Source: Candidatus Limnocylindria bacterium
GTDB taxonomy: Bacteria > Chloroflexota > Limnocylindria > P2-11E
NCBI GenBank assembly: GCA_036570125.1
Contig: DATCPK010000068.1
Span: 1-62,468, forward strand
Direction: 5' to 3'
DNA: 62,468 nt
Part shown: one piece after another, positions 12,001-24,000 of the stretch
Numbering within the stretch: position 1 is the first letter of the stretch
Layout: every line of letters starts with the position of its first letter
Made by a program: the position numbers and the translations under genes
The notes under the pieces: generated by a model
Databases searched by the model: none
Seen by the model: only the letters and a program-made list of their open reading frames with translations
What the model was told of the DNA's origin: nothing

Positions 12001-15000
12001 CCGTGAACGTACCCGCCGCGACGCTGACGGAGCTCGACGTGGGCGTCGCGATGTTGGTGCCGTTCGCGGTCAGCGTCAGGCCGCGCGCGGTGAGCCGACC
12101 GGCAAGGTACGCCTCCGTCGTGCCGCCCGCGTCCGCCTCGACGTAGACGATCGAACCGCTGATCAGCCCCACGCTGATCCCATCGCTGCTCGCGAGCGCG
12201 GTGTTGGTCGTCGTCGCGCTGAAGCTCGCGTCGTTGGTGACGACCGTGGTGCCGCCGTTCGCGATGTACGCCGCGGTCGAGTGAGTCGTCTTCGCCGTCA
12301 CCGACGCACCTGAGCCGGTCACCCCGCCGACACCGGTGAGCACCGCGCTCGCGTTCGAGTTGTTGGTGGCCGTCGCGGAGACGATCAGCGAGCCGGCATT
12401 CACGTTGGCGTTCGAGCCGAGGTAGGCGCTCGTCGTGCCGCCGACGTTGGCACGCGGGAAGACGACGGAGATCGAGAGGCCGCCGACGCTCAGGCCGCGG
12501 GTCCGTGCAAGGGCGCGCGCGTCGCGATCGATCGCGGTCAGCGTCAGGGTTCCGGTCACGTTCGCGGACCCATCGACGAACGCGGATGTCGTCGACTGGG
12601 CGGCGGCCGAAGCATCGGCGCCCTGGCCGGCGAGACCCGCGACGCCGACGACGTTCGTCGTCGACTCGGCGTCCACCTGCTTCATGTCCGCGGTCACATT
12701 GAGCGTCGTCGTGAAGAGATCGCTCCCGGCGCCGAGGTACGCGCGGAGCGTTCCGGTGATGAGCGATGTCGGGAACATGAGAGCGACGGTCGCGCCGCCA
12801 GCGTTGGTGCCATCCGCCTTCGCGTCGGTCGTCATCTTCCCGATGGCCGTGACCGTCGTCGTGCCCGCCACGGACAGGGTCGTGCCCGCGGCGCCGCCGG
12901 CGGCCGAGCCCGCGTGAGCGCCGATGAACGCCTCGACGGTGCCGGAGACCGTCGCCTCGGCGTCGATGCCCGTGCCGCTCGCCCCGCCAATGCCGAGCAC
13001 CTTGGAGGTCGCGCTCGCGCTGTAGACGACCGGCAAGGTTTCGACGAGGTCGGTCGCGAGAACGGTGAGCGTGCCCGCGGTCATGCGTACGCCGTCCCTT
13101 ACGTACGCGCGCGTCGTTCCGTCGATCCTCGCGGTCGGGAACATGATCGCGACGGCGGCCACGCCGACGCCGACGGCGTCGGTGACCGAGGTCGCGGTCA
13201 TGGTCGAGCTCGCCTTTACCTTCACGGTGCCACTGCCGACGTTCGCCGTCGGGATGTTCGAGGTCGCCGCGGTTCCGGCCCGCTCTCCGATGAGCGCCTC
13301 GACGACGCCGGTGATCTCGGCGAGCGCCGACACGCCAGCCCCGGCGACGATGCCGACGGTGACCGGCGACGACGTCGCGGTCGCCTCGTACGGCGCGGAC
13401 GCTTCGACTGTGAGGCCGGTCGCGCTCGTGATGGCGCCGTTCATCTGCGCGCGGGTGTCGCCGCTGATGGTCGCCGTCGGCAGCGAGATCGCGATGGAGA
13501 TGCCGAGGCTCGCCGACGCGGCGTCGGAGTCAGCGGTCGCGGTGTCATTGCCTGTGGCCTTCAGGTGCACGAGACCGGACGAGGCCACCGTCGCGCCTGC
13601 GCCGACGAGCGCTTCTGTGGCACCGCTCACCGTCGCGAGGGTCCGCGACCCGGAGACGCTCGCGAAGCCACCGATGCCGACCACGGAGGTGTGCGCATCC
13701 GCGGTGGACAGGCCGTCCGCGAGGATGTCGACGTTCGAGGACGAGGTGACGTCCCCATCCAGCTCGGCGCGGACGTCGCCGTTCATCGTCGCGATGCCGC
13801 CCATCACGGAGAAGGTGCCGATGCCACCGAACGAACCGGCGAGCGCCTCCGCCTTGGCCTTGTTGCTGTCGCCCTTCAGCTTCGCCTCGATCTTCACCGG
13901 TCCGGTCGAAGCGATGGAGCCGGTCGCGCCGACGATCGCCTCGACGTTGGAGTCCACCTGCGCCGTCGCGACCGCGCCGGTGATACCGATGACGCTGACA
14001 CCGACGACCTTGACGTTGGCCGTCGCAACGTTCTCGCCGATCGCCTGCACGGTCACGTCCGTCGAGCTCGAGATCGTCCCGTCGAGCCGCGCTCGGGTGT
14101 CGCCGCTCACCAGGGCGATCGGCACGAGGATGGCGATGCTGACGCCGCCGCCCACACCGCCTGGCGCGTCGGCCGTCGCTTTGTTCGAGGCCTCTGCCTT
14201 CACGAGCACCGATCCGGTCACGGCGAGGTTGGTGGTCGACGTCATCGTCGCCTCGGTCGTGCGCGCCTCGTTGACGCGCGAGACGGTGATGCCGATGGCG
14301 AGCACGCCGGTCGCGACGTTGATCGTGAACGAGCTCGCCACGTGCGTTCCGTTCGCGCTCACGGTGACGCCGCCTGCGCCGACCCAGCCGTGCGCGCCCG
14401 AGGCCGCGCGTGTGGTGCCGGTGAGGTTCACGAAGGACACCGCACCCGAGACGCCGGCGCCCACGCCGCCCTGGACCGCGATCGAGAGCGTCGGCGCGGT
14501 GATCGTGTCGGTCGCCGCGACGTTCAGGTGCGCGATCGGCGTGGACGCGGTGCCGACCTGGACATTGCCGATCTCGGCGATGTTGTCGCCGGTCACGTTC
14601 GTGACCGCCACGGCGGCGCCCGTGGAGAACGCGCCGGTGCCGACGCCGATCGCGTACGTGTTCACCTCGCGGACCGCGTTCGAGGTCACGTCGACGCCGC
14701 CGCCGGCACGCGTGATCCGCGCGAGGTCGTCGATGTGCGCGCGCTGCGTGGCGCTGTCGTTGATGACGGCGACCTGCGCGCCGACCGAGACGAATCCGCC
14801 GGCGCCCGCGAGGCCGATGCCGGTGAAGTCCTCCTGCATGTCCGCGTTGACGCTCACGACGTCGCCCGCGCCCGCCCCGGCGCTGATGTCCGCGCTCGCC
14901 CCGATCTGCGCCTCGGTCGCGCTTCCGACGTTGGTGATGAGGACGGCGACGCCGACGCCGACGAAGCCTCCTGCGACCGCGCCCGCGAGGGAGACGACGG

Positions 15001-18000
15001 TGAGCTTGTCGTTCGCGCGAACCCGCACGCTGTGACCGGCGACGATCGTTCCGTTGACGGCCGCGAATGTGCCTGGCTGAACAGGGGTCGCCTTGATGGC
15101 GTTGCTCGCGGTGGATCCGTCGCTCGGCGCGCGCGCCGCGATCGTCGAAGAGGACGCGGTCGTCGTCGTGCTGATCCGGTTGTTCGTGATGACCTCGTTG
15201 TCGTTCTGCTGCCAGTCGGTCGCGTTCGCGGCCGGGGTCATCGTGCGGCGAGCGAGGGGCACGTCCCCGGTCGCCTTGTAGTAGTGGACCGTCGTCCCAT
15301 CGTCGTAGCTGACGCGCGCGCCGTTCAGGTACGCGGTCCCCGATACCCACGCGGTCGGCGTCGATGCGGACGAACCCATGAGGACGTTCTTGTAGCCGGG
15401 CGCGCCGCCCGAGTCGTCGCCGGACGCGGCCGTGTCGGCGCTGCCCTGCGCGCTGCCACCCTTCGAGACGCCGACCCATTCGTCGAGGTTCTCCCGCGGC
15501 CGCTTGGTCGTGTTCGGATGGCTCTTGCGCGCGATGTAGTGGTTCGCGGTGTCGTGGCTCTCGGCCGAGTTGCTCGAGTCGTAGTCGACGACCTCGGTGT
15601 CCACCGCGTAGTCGGTCCCGGACACCCAGTTCGCCGCGCTCGCGTTGCCGCTGCTTCCGTCGGCGGGCGCGAGCGAGTTCGTCTCGCCTTCCCACTCCGC
15701 GGTGTTGCTCGGGTCGGAGAGCGGCCGCTCGACCTTCGCCGCGTACGTCTTGGCGGGCGAGCCGAACGTCACGACGTCGCCCTTCTTGTAGTAGACGTCC
15801 TGATCCGAGCTGTTCGCCGTCGTGGTCGACCAGGCGCCCCGCTGGGGACCGGCCGGGGCGTCGTGATAGGTCGTCGTGGCCTGGGTGCCGATGCTCCACA
15901 CCGAGACCGAGCCCGCGACGCCGACGAAGCCGCCGCCGACGCTGACCGCGTAGGTCGAGACGTCCTTGCGCGACAGCGCGTTGACGTCGACGTTGTTCGC
16001 GGCGTTCACGAACGAGCCGTTCCCGATGTACGCGGTCACGCTCGAGTTCGCGATGCCGATGTCGATGCCGCCGGCGACTCCGACGAATCCGCCGGCGACG
16101 CCACCCGCGACGGTCAGCGACTTGAAGCTGTCCACCGCGGTCACGTTCACCGACTGCGTCAGGCTCGTCGTCGAGCGCTGGTTGATCCGCGCGTTCTCCG
16201 CGATGAACGCCGCCGTGCCGACGGCGATGAGCGTGACGCCGACGCCGCCGGCGACGCCGACGAAGCCGCCACCGGCGCTCGCCGCCAGACCGAAGATGTT
16301 CTCGAGCGAGCTCGCCTGCACCGCGAGGCCGTGGAACTCGCTCGGCGCGGCCTCGTTCTCGTAGGTGCCGAACCCGGAGTCGGTGATGCGTCCGTCGTGC
16401 ACGCCGACGATCGGCGTTGTCCCGTCCTGGGCGCCCGCGTCGACGCTCGAGTTCTGGCCGATGAACGCCTGCGTGTCTTTGTCGACCTTCGCGACGCCCA
16501 CGGCCACGCCGACGCCGACGTAGCCACCCGCGAGGCTGGCGGTGATGAGCAGCAGCTTCGTGCCGTCGCTGGCCGAGATGAGGACGTTGTTGCCTGCAAC
16601 GATCGTCACGCCGGAGGACGCGTTGTTGCAGCCCTTGCCATCGTCCGTCCACTGGCCGACGCACGCGAACGTGTGGGTCTTCAGGATCGTCACACCGATC
16701 GTGCCGGCGACGCCGACCTGACCGCCAGCCGCGCCCGCGACGATCGCGATGATCGAGTTCGTCGCCTTCGCCGTGACAGAGACGTCCTTCGCCGCGTTGA
16801 CCCACGCGCCGTCGTCGATGTACGCGTCGGTGTTGAGGGTCACGACGTGCACGCCGACCCCGACGCCGACGCCCGCGGTCCCGGCGACCGCGATCGTCGC
16901 CGCGATCGAGAGCTCGTGGTACTGGTTACCGGCCGCGACGCGCACGGACTGCTGCGGGTCCGCACCTGCGACGTTCGTCGCGCACGTCGTGTCGCAGTTG
17001 ACCTTCGCGTCGCTGCCGATGTGCGCCGTGGTGTTCGCGGTGACGACGGCGACCGCGCCGGAGATGTTGACCGCGGCGGTGCCGGCGAATCCAGCGCTGA
17101 CGCCCACCGCGGCGATGTCGTCGCTGTTCGTCGCGGTGACGCTCACGCCCCTGAACGAGTCGGCGAGCGGTGTGATCGTGCGCGGGCCCATCTCGCTCGC
17201 GTCACCCGCGGGCTGCGACCCCGACTTCACGATGCTGTGCGACCGGCCGGTGCCGTTCGACGAGCCGAGCGCGATCGCGTGGACCGCGAGCGGCGTCGAG
17301 CAGGGACTGTCCGACGGTCCGGCGAGGCCGGTGTCGCAGAACGTCGCCGCGAGCTTGAGGCTGTTGGGACCGGTCTTGATCGCGTAGTAGGTCGCGCCGT
17401 CCACGAGGCCGGCGATCGGATCGCCGCCGCCGGAGCTGTAGACGACCTTGTCGCCGGTGACGACCGCCGCGAACGTGTAGGGCAGGTTGATCACGTCGCC
17501 CGAGCGGTCGACTGCCGGATCGAACCGCGGCGACTTGTCGGCGCGCACGCCGGCCGCGTTCGTCGGCACGAGGCGGTGGCTTTCGCCATACAGCACCCCG
17601 CCGGCGAGCGAGTTGAGGTGGATCGGGTTGACCGTTCCCGGGCAGGCGGCGTCGCCGGCGTGGCCGACCGCGTCGCAATACGTCTCGGCAAGCTGCACGT
17701 GCTGCGAGTCAACGACGATCACGAAGTACGCGTGCCCGTCCTTGAGGGTCGTGCCGCCGCCGCTCGTGTCCGCGGGGATGCTCGCGGCGTTCGACGTGTC
17801 GACGCCGTTGTCGTACACGACCTCCTGGCCGTTCGTGAAGCCGTGGTCGAAGCCGAGGTTGATCGTGTCCAGCGTTGTGTTGATCGACGTCGATGACGGG
17901 GTGAAGCGCGTGTCTCGCGGCAGCACGCTGAACCCGCCGGTCATGACGAGCACGCCGGCGTGGCCGGCCGCGCTGACGTTCGCGTTGTCGCCGATCGACG

Positions 18001-21000
18001 CGTGGGTGTTCTTCGTGACGACCGGGACCGCCGCGGCCGCGCCGACAGCGGCCGTGCCGCCGCCGCCGATGTTGCCGCCGATGACGTCCATCTTGAGCTG
18101 CTCGTCTGCCGCGACGCGGACGCTGCCCTGGGCCCTGACGGCCGCGCTGTCGGTCGACGAGAAGTTGCCGACGATCGAGGCGGTCGTCGTGATGTCGTAG
18201 ACGGAGACGCCCACGTTGACGTTCACCGAGGCCGTGCCGCCGAATCCGCCGCCGACCGCGAGCGACATGACGTTCTCGCTCGACGTGGCGTCCACCGTGA
18301 CGTTGCCGGCGACGATCGCATTCGTGTTCTGGCCGATCCACGCCTTGGTGCGCTTGGTGATCACCTCGACGTCGACACCCGCGCCGACGCCGGCCGTACC
18401 GCCGATCGCGAGAGCGCCGGCCAGGCTCATGATCTTCGTCGTGTCGGTCGCCGCGACCGCGACGCCACCGCTCGGGGTCGTCGTGCTGCCGATGGTGACG
18501 TGGTCGTCGATGTGCGCGGTCGTGTCGTTCGTCATCACGTTGACGACGACCGAGCCCGCGACGCCGGCCGATTCACCACCAGCGCCACCGACCACGATCG
18601 CGGTCACGTCCTCGTCCTGGGTCGCGGTGACGGTGACACCGGTCGCGCCGTTCGCCGCGATCGTCGCGTACGAGTGGATCGCCGCGTCGACTCGGCTCGG
18701 CCGCACGAGGACGACGCTCGAGACACCGACGCCGGAGCTCGTGCCGAAGGCGACCGCGCCCGCGTAGAGCTCGATCTTGTTGGCGGTGTCGCTCGCCGTG
18801 ATGGTGAGGTTGCCGCCCGCGCGCACCGTGGTCGGTTGAGCGCTCGTGCTGTCGACGTACGCGTGCGTTCCGCTGTCCATGCCGCTCTCGGCATTCGGGT
18901 CGAGGACCACGACGATGATCGAGGCAGCGAGGCCGAACCCGTCGCCGCCGACGCCGATCGTCGCGGCGAAGGCGAGGATGCGCTCGATGCGGACCGCGGT
19001 GATCGTGATGTCGCCGGCGGCCTTCACGTTCGCGCCCTTGCCGATGTACGCGCGGGTGTCCTTGTCGATGACCGCGACGTAGAGGCCGACGCCCACGCCG
19101 GAGCCGCCGGTCGAAACGCCGAGCCCGCCGCCGCCTGCGACGAGGTGCGTGTCGTCGGTCGCGCTGATCACGATGTTCTGCGCCGTGCCGGCCGTGATCG
19201 TCTGGTTCACGGAGGCGCCGTCGCCGATGTACGCGCGCGTTTTCAGGTCGAAGATGTCGACCACCGCGGAGGCGCCGACCGCCGCGTCACCGGTCCCCGC
19301 GCCGCCGGCGATGCCGATGGAGGTGACGGACGGGCCGTCGTTGATGATCGGCAGGATGATCTGGAGCGGCGAGATCGACGACGACGCGGTGACACTGAGG
19401 GTCTCGCGAACGTTGACGATCGCGCCGGCTTCGATGATCGCTTCGGTCGTGATGTCCTCGAGAACGTTGACCGCGACCGCGGCGCCGACGCCCGTGCCGC
19501 TTCCGCTCGAGCTGCTGTAGGCGAGAGCGCCCGACGCCGCGATGTTCTGGAGGCCGATCGGCGCGGTCGCCGCGACGGTCATCGCGCCGGTCGACGTGAC
19601 CGTCGCGTTCGCGCCGACGGTCGCGCGGTTCGAGAGGTTGATGATGTTCACGCCGATCGACGCGGCGACGGCCGTGTCCGACTTGCCGCCCGCGGCCGCG
19701 AGGCCCCAGACGATGAAGTCATTGCGCTCGCCGGTCGGGGTGATCGCTTCGACGGTGACGCCGACACCGGTGACGATCGCATTCGCGCCGATCCTCGCGG
19801 CGTTGCGCGCGTCGACGTAGTTCAGACCGACCGCCGCGCCGACGTTCTTCGAACCGGACGAGCCAGACCCGCCGCCGCCGCCGGAGCCGCCGCCTGAACC
19901 GCCGCCGCCACCGCTACCGGAATCGCCGGAGCTGGTCAGCTCGGAGAGCGTCGGGATCTTGACGCTCGTCGCGGTGCCCTTTGCGGTCGCGTCGGTCTGG
20001 TTCTGCGCGCTGATCGTCACCGCGCCGGTGCGCGCCGTGACGGTGAGGCCGTCGAGGATCCGCGCCGTATTCGTCGAGATGACGACATTCACGCTGATCG
20101 CGGCGGCGACGCCCGTGCCACCCGAAGACGTGCCGGACTGGCCGCCCGAGGTCGAGCTCGCCTGGCCCGTGCCCGAGCTGGAGGACGGCATCGAGAATCC
20201 GGAGAGTCCGCCGCCGGATCCGGTACCCGTGTTCGGGTTGTCGAAGAGCGACGACGTCGCGTCCTCGTCCGCGGTCTTGGTGCACTTCGCGTGACCGGCG
20301 GTGCCGCACTGCGGGTCGTCGTTGTCCTTGCTCGCGTTACCGGTCGTGCCCGCCTTCGTCGAGGCAGAGCTGTCGATCGCCGATCCGGAGGCGATCGTGA
20401 CCGAGGTGCCCTCGAGGTTGCGCGCGGTCTCGGCGAGCGCGTTATCGATGACCACGTTCACCGCGATCGCCGCGCCGACCGCGACGTTCGGGCCGCCGGC
20501 CTCGCCGTCGCCGGTCGACCAGTTGCGCAGGGTGCGCGTCGCGCGGATCTCGATCGACCCGGTCGCGTTGATCCCGGTGCCCGTGCCGGCGCGCGCCGTC
20601 GTGTCGGAGAGGACGACCGCGACCGCGACGGCGGGACTCACGGCCGTGTCGCCGGACGCGCCGGCCTGGACGTTCGTGTCGACCGCCTGCGTCGACGTCG
20701 CGCGGATCGCGTAGTTCGCGCCACCGGTGACCACGGCGCCGTCTTCGATCTCAGCGCGGGTCAGGTTCGGCGTAATGATGTTGAGCGCGATCGACGCGCC
20801 GACACCGGTGCTGCTGTTGCTGCTTCCACCGCTACCGCTGCTGCCGCCGCTGGTCAGCTGCTGCTTCGAGTTCGCGGTCGCGACGTCCGTGCGGTCGTTC
20901 GTCGCGATGACGGACACGTTGCCGGTGCCCGCCGCGACGACCGCGCCGCTGCGAACGACGGCCTCGGTCTTGTCGAGGACGTAGTTGAGAGCGAAGGAGC

Positions 21001-24000
21001 CGGCGACGCCGACGCCCGCGCTGCCGGCGCCCGAGACGGACGCCGCGACGAACTGGTGCGTCGCGTCGCCACCGACGGTCGTCATGGTGGCCTCGACGTC
21101 CAGGCCGTTCGAGGTGATCCGCGTTACCCCGGTCGACGCGTAGTTGATGACATCGGCGTAGTTCACGGAGATCGCCACGCCGACACCCACGCCCTTGCTG
21201 CCGCCGCTGCTGCTTCCGCTCGAGCCGCCTGTCCCGCCGGTGTCACCCGTTCCGCTGCCGGTCCCGCCCGTTCCGCCACCGGTGCCACCGGTGCCGCTGC
21301 TGCTCGAGCTGCCGCTGCTGTCGGCTGGGATCGAGACGGCGGAGCCGTCGGTCTGCGCGCGCGCGTCGGTGTTCGCGGACGACCGCACGCTCACCAGGCC
21401 ACCCGAGCTGATCAGGAGTCCGTCGGCGAAGAAGGCGCGCGAACGCGTGACCGCGATATTCACGGCGATCGCCGCGCCGATCGCGATCGGACCGCTCGAG
21501 GTCGAGGTCTTCGCGCTCGAGCCGTCGCCGCTCGTGCTGCTGCCGCCGCCCTGACTTCCGGTATCCGACGCCTTCGTGTTGCCGAGGTCGCGCTGATCGC
21601 CGACCTGCTTCTCGACGCCGCCGCTCGCCGCGCCGGTCGTCGCGTCGCCGGGTGCGCCGCGCGAGCTCGCCGTCGCGTCGCTCGAGGTCGCTGACGATCC
21701 AAACGCGAGAACGCTGATCGCGCCGACGGCGCTGACGTTGCGGTTGATCGACGCCTCGACGTTGTGGTGCGCGATGGTGAGAGCGAGCGCGACGCCGATC
21801 GCCACGCTCTTGCCCTTGGTGTCGCCCTGCGCGTCGGTGAACGCCGCTGCGGTCTGCTCGGCCTTCACCAGGACGGCGCCGGTGACGTTGAGCGCGGCGC
21901 CGCCCGCGACCGTCGCGGTCGTGGTGACGTTCGAGATGATGATCGCGATCGCCGGAGCGATCGTGACGTTGCCACCGAACGCGCCGGTCTTCGCCTTCGT
22001 CGTGTCGGCGTGCGTCGTGGTCGCCCCCACCGTGACGTTGCGGCCGCCATTCAGCGTTCCGTTCAGCGACGCGGTCGTGGTGTCGTTCGCCACGACCACG
22101 ACGACCGACGCACCGACGCCGACGCTCGACGAGCCACTCACGCCACCGAGCTCGTTCGGCAGCGCCGTGTTCACCGCGGTCGTGTTGGAGGTCGCGACGA
22201 TCGAGACATCGTCGGTCGCGCCCACCGTGAGCGTCCCGTCGAGCGAGGCGATCGTGTCGATCTTCTCGATGTTCACCGCGACCGAACCCGCGACGCCGAC
22301 GGTGCCGCCGCCCGCGCCGCTCGTCGCGCTCGCGCCGAGCTCGTGGGTCGACGCCATCAGCGCTTCGAGAGTCGCGCCCTTCGCCGTGACGACGGCGCCC
22401 GCGGGCAGGATCGCGGTGTTCGTGATCTGCGCGTAGTTGATCGCGACCGCGACGCCGATGGCGACGGACGTCGAGCCGCCGCTGCTGCTGCCGGAACCGC
22501 TGGAGCCGCCGGTGCCGCCACCCGTGCCGCCGCCGGTGCCACCCGTTCCACCGCTACCACCGCTGCCGCTCGAGCTCGAGCTGCTGCTCGCGCTCGCGTC
22601 GGGCGGCTGGACCGCGCTGCCGTCGGCGGTCGCGCGCGAGTCGGTGTCGGCCGAGGTCGAAAGGGTGAAGCGGCCGCCGCGCGCGAATACGGTCACCGCA
22701 CCGATCGTCGCGATCGAGGTCGTCTTCGCGAGGTTGATCGCGACGGCCGCGGCGACCGAAACGCCGCCCGACGATGTGTCGGACGACGGCGTCTCGTTGG
22801 CGTCGCTCGTTCCCTTGCCGCCGTTGCTCGTCGACGTCGTGTTGGCGTAGCTGCGCTCGCCCTGGACCTGCTGCGTGACGCCGTTGCCGCTGTTGCCGCC
22901 GCTCGTCGTGTTGTCTCCGGGCGCGCCCGCGGCCGATGCCTTCGCGTACGCGGAGCTCTCCGACTTGCCGTGCGCCGCGAGCGACACGGAGCCGGCCGCG
23001 TCGAGGTTCCGGAGGAGCGTCGTCTCGGTGCGGTGGTTCGCGATAGTGAGCGCGAGCGCGACTCCGACCGCCGCGGTCTTGGCGTCCTTCGCGTCGCCCT
23101 CCGCCTCGGTGTTCGCGGAAGCGGTCTGGTCGGCGCTCGCGGTGAACGATCCGGTGATAACGAGGTCGTTCCCGGCGCCGACCGTGGCCATCGTCGTGAT
23201 GTTCGAGATCGCGATCGCGACGGACGGCACGACGGCGACCTTGCCACCGGCCGCGCCGGTCTTCGCGCGTGTCGTCATTCCGTGGAAGGTCGACGCCGTG
23301 ATCGTCAGGTTGCCTCCGCCGATCAGGGTTCCGGTGAGCTCCGCGGTCGTCGTGTCGTCGACGAGCGCGACCGCGACGGACGCGCCGATGCCGACCGACG
23401 AAGCGCCGCTGACGCCGCCCGTCGACTCCGACGGAAGAGCGCTCGTGCCCGATGTCGCGTCCGACGCGGCTGCGACGGATACGTCGCCGGAGCCCGCGTT
23501 CAGCCAGCCGCCCAGGGCCGCGGTGGTCTGGATGTTCTCGATCTCGATGGCCACCGAGCCCGCGATGCCGACCGCGCCTCCGCCGGCGCCGCTGGTCGCG
23601 GATGCGCCGAGCGCGTGCTGCGAGTGCATGAGCGCGGTGATCGATGCGCCGTTCGCGCTCACGGTGCTGTCGGATGGAGCGCGCGCCTCGTTCGTGATCC
23701 GCACGTAGTTGATGGCAACGCCGACGCCGACCGAGACGCCGCTCGAGCTCGAATCGCTCGGCGAGCCGCTCGATCCGGTCGAGTCCGCAGGCGCGCTCGC
23801 GTCGCTCGGCCGCACCGCGCTGCCATCGGCGAGCGCGAACGCGTCGGTGTCGGCGGTGGTCGCAAGGGTGAAGCGACCGCCCGACACGATCGTGACGGGG
23901 CCGATGGTCGCGAGCGAGATCGTCCTCGCGAGGTTGATCGCGACCGCCGCCGCGACGCTCACGCCGCCGGACGATGTGTTCGACTTCGGCGTCTGCTCGG

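Larger units (their letters stand above)
14350..19800 (-). repeat. Short-period (~55-70 aa) Gly-rich beta-helix-like rungs with the [AG]GG[FY]VGV[AG]G signature, interrupted by two nested inserts
   Basis: Recurring strings include GGGFVGVAGGVGV, AGGVAGGFVGVAGGIDI, VGGGFVGVAGSVSV, AGAVAGGFVGVGVAV, AGAGGFVSVGAQVAV, LAGGYVGVGVAVGV, AAGGQVGVAGTIGV, GGGFGGTASVNVNV, GGTAGVGAGVDV and AGGESAGVAGSVVV. Each is followed by xTxAxIGxxAxV. Confidence 0.55.

Noticed and set aside
13545-16805. Track ORF of 1086 aa on the minus strand
   Set aside because: It is in the wrong minus frame (upper coordinate = 2 mod 3). It is Arg/Gly/His-rich and has no domains. The neighbouring frame encodes the rung repeats and the CBM-like units.
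12914-17896. Track ORF of 1660 aa on the plus strand, the longest listed ORF
   Set aside because: Its composition is extreme Arg/Gly/Asp/Ala (runs such as RRRGRGRRRAD) with no recognisable motifs. It lies antisense and off-frame to the giant minus-strand ORF. Such long open shadow frames are expected at ~70% GC.
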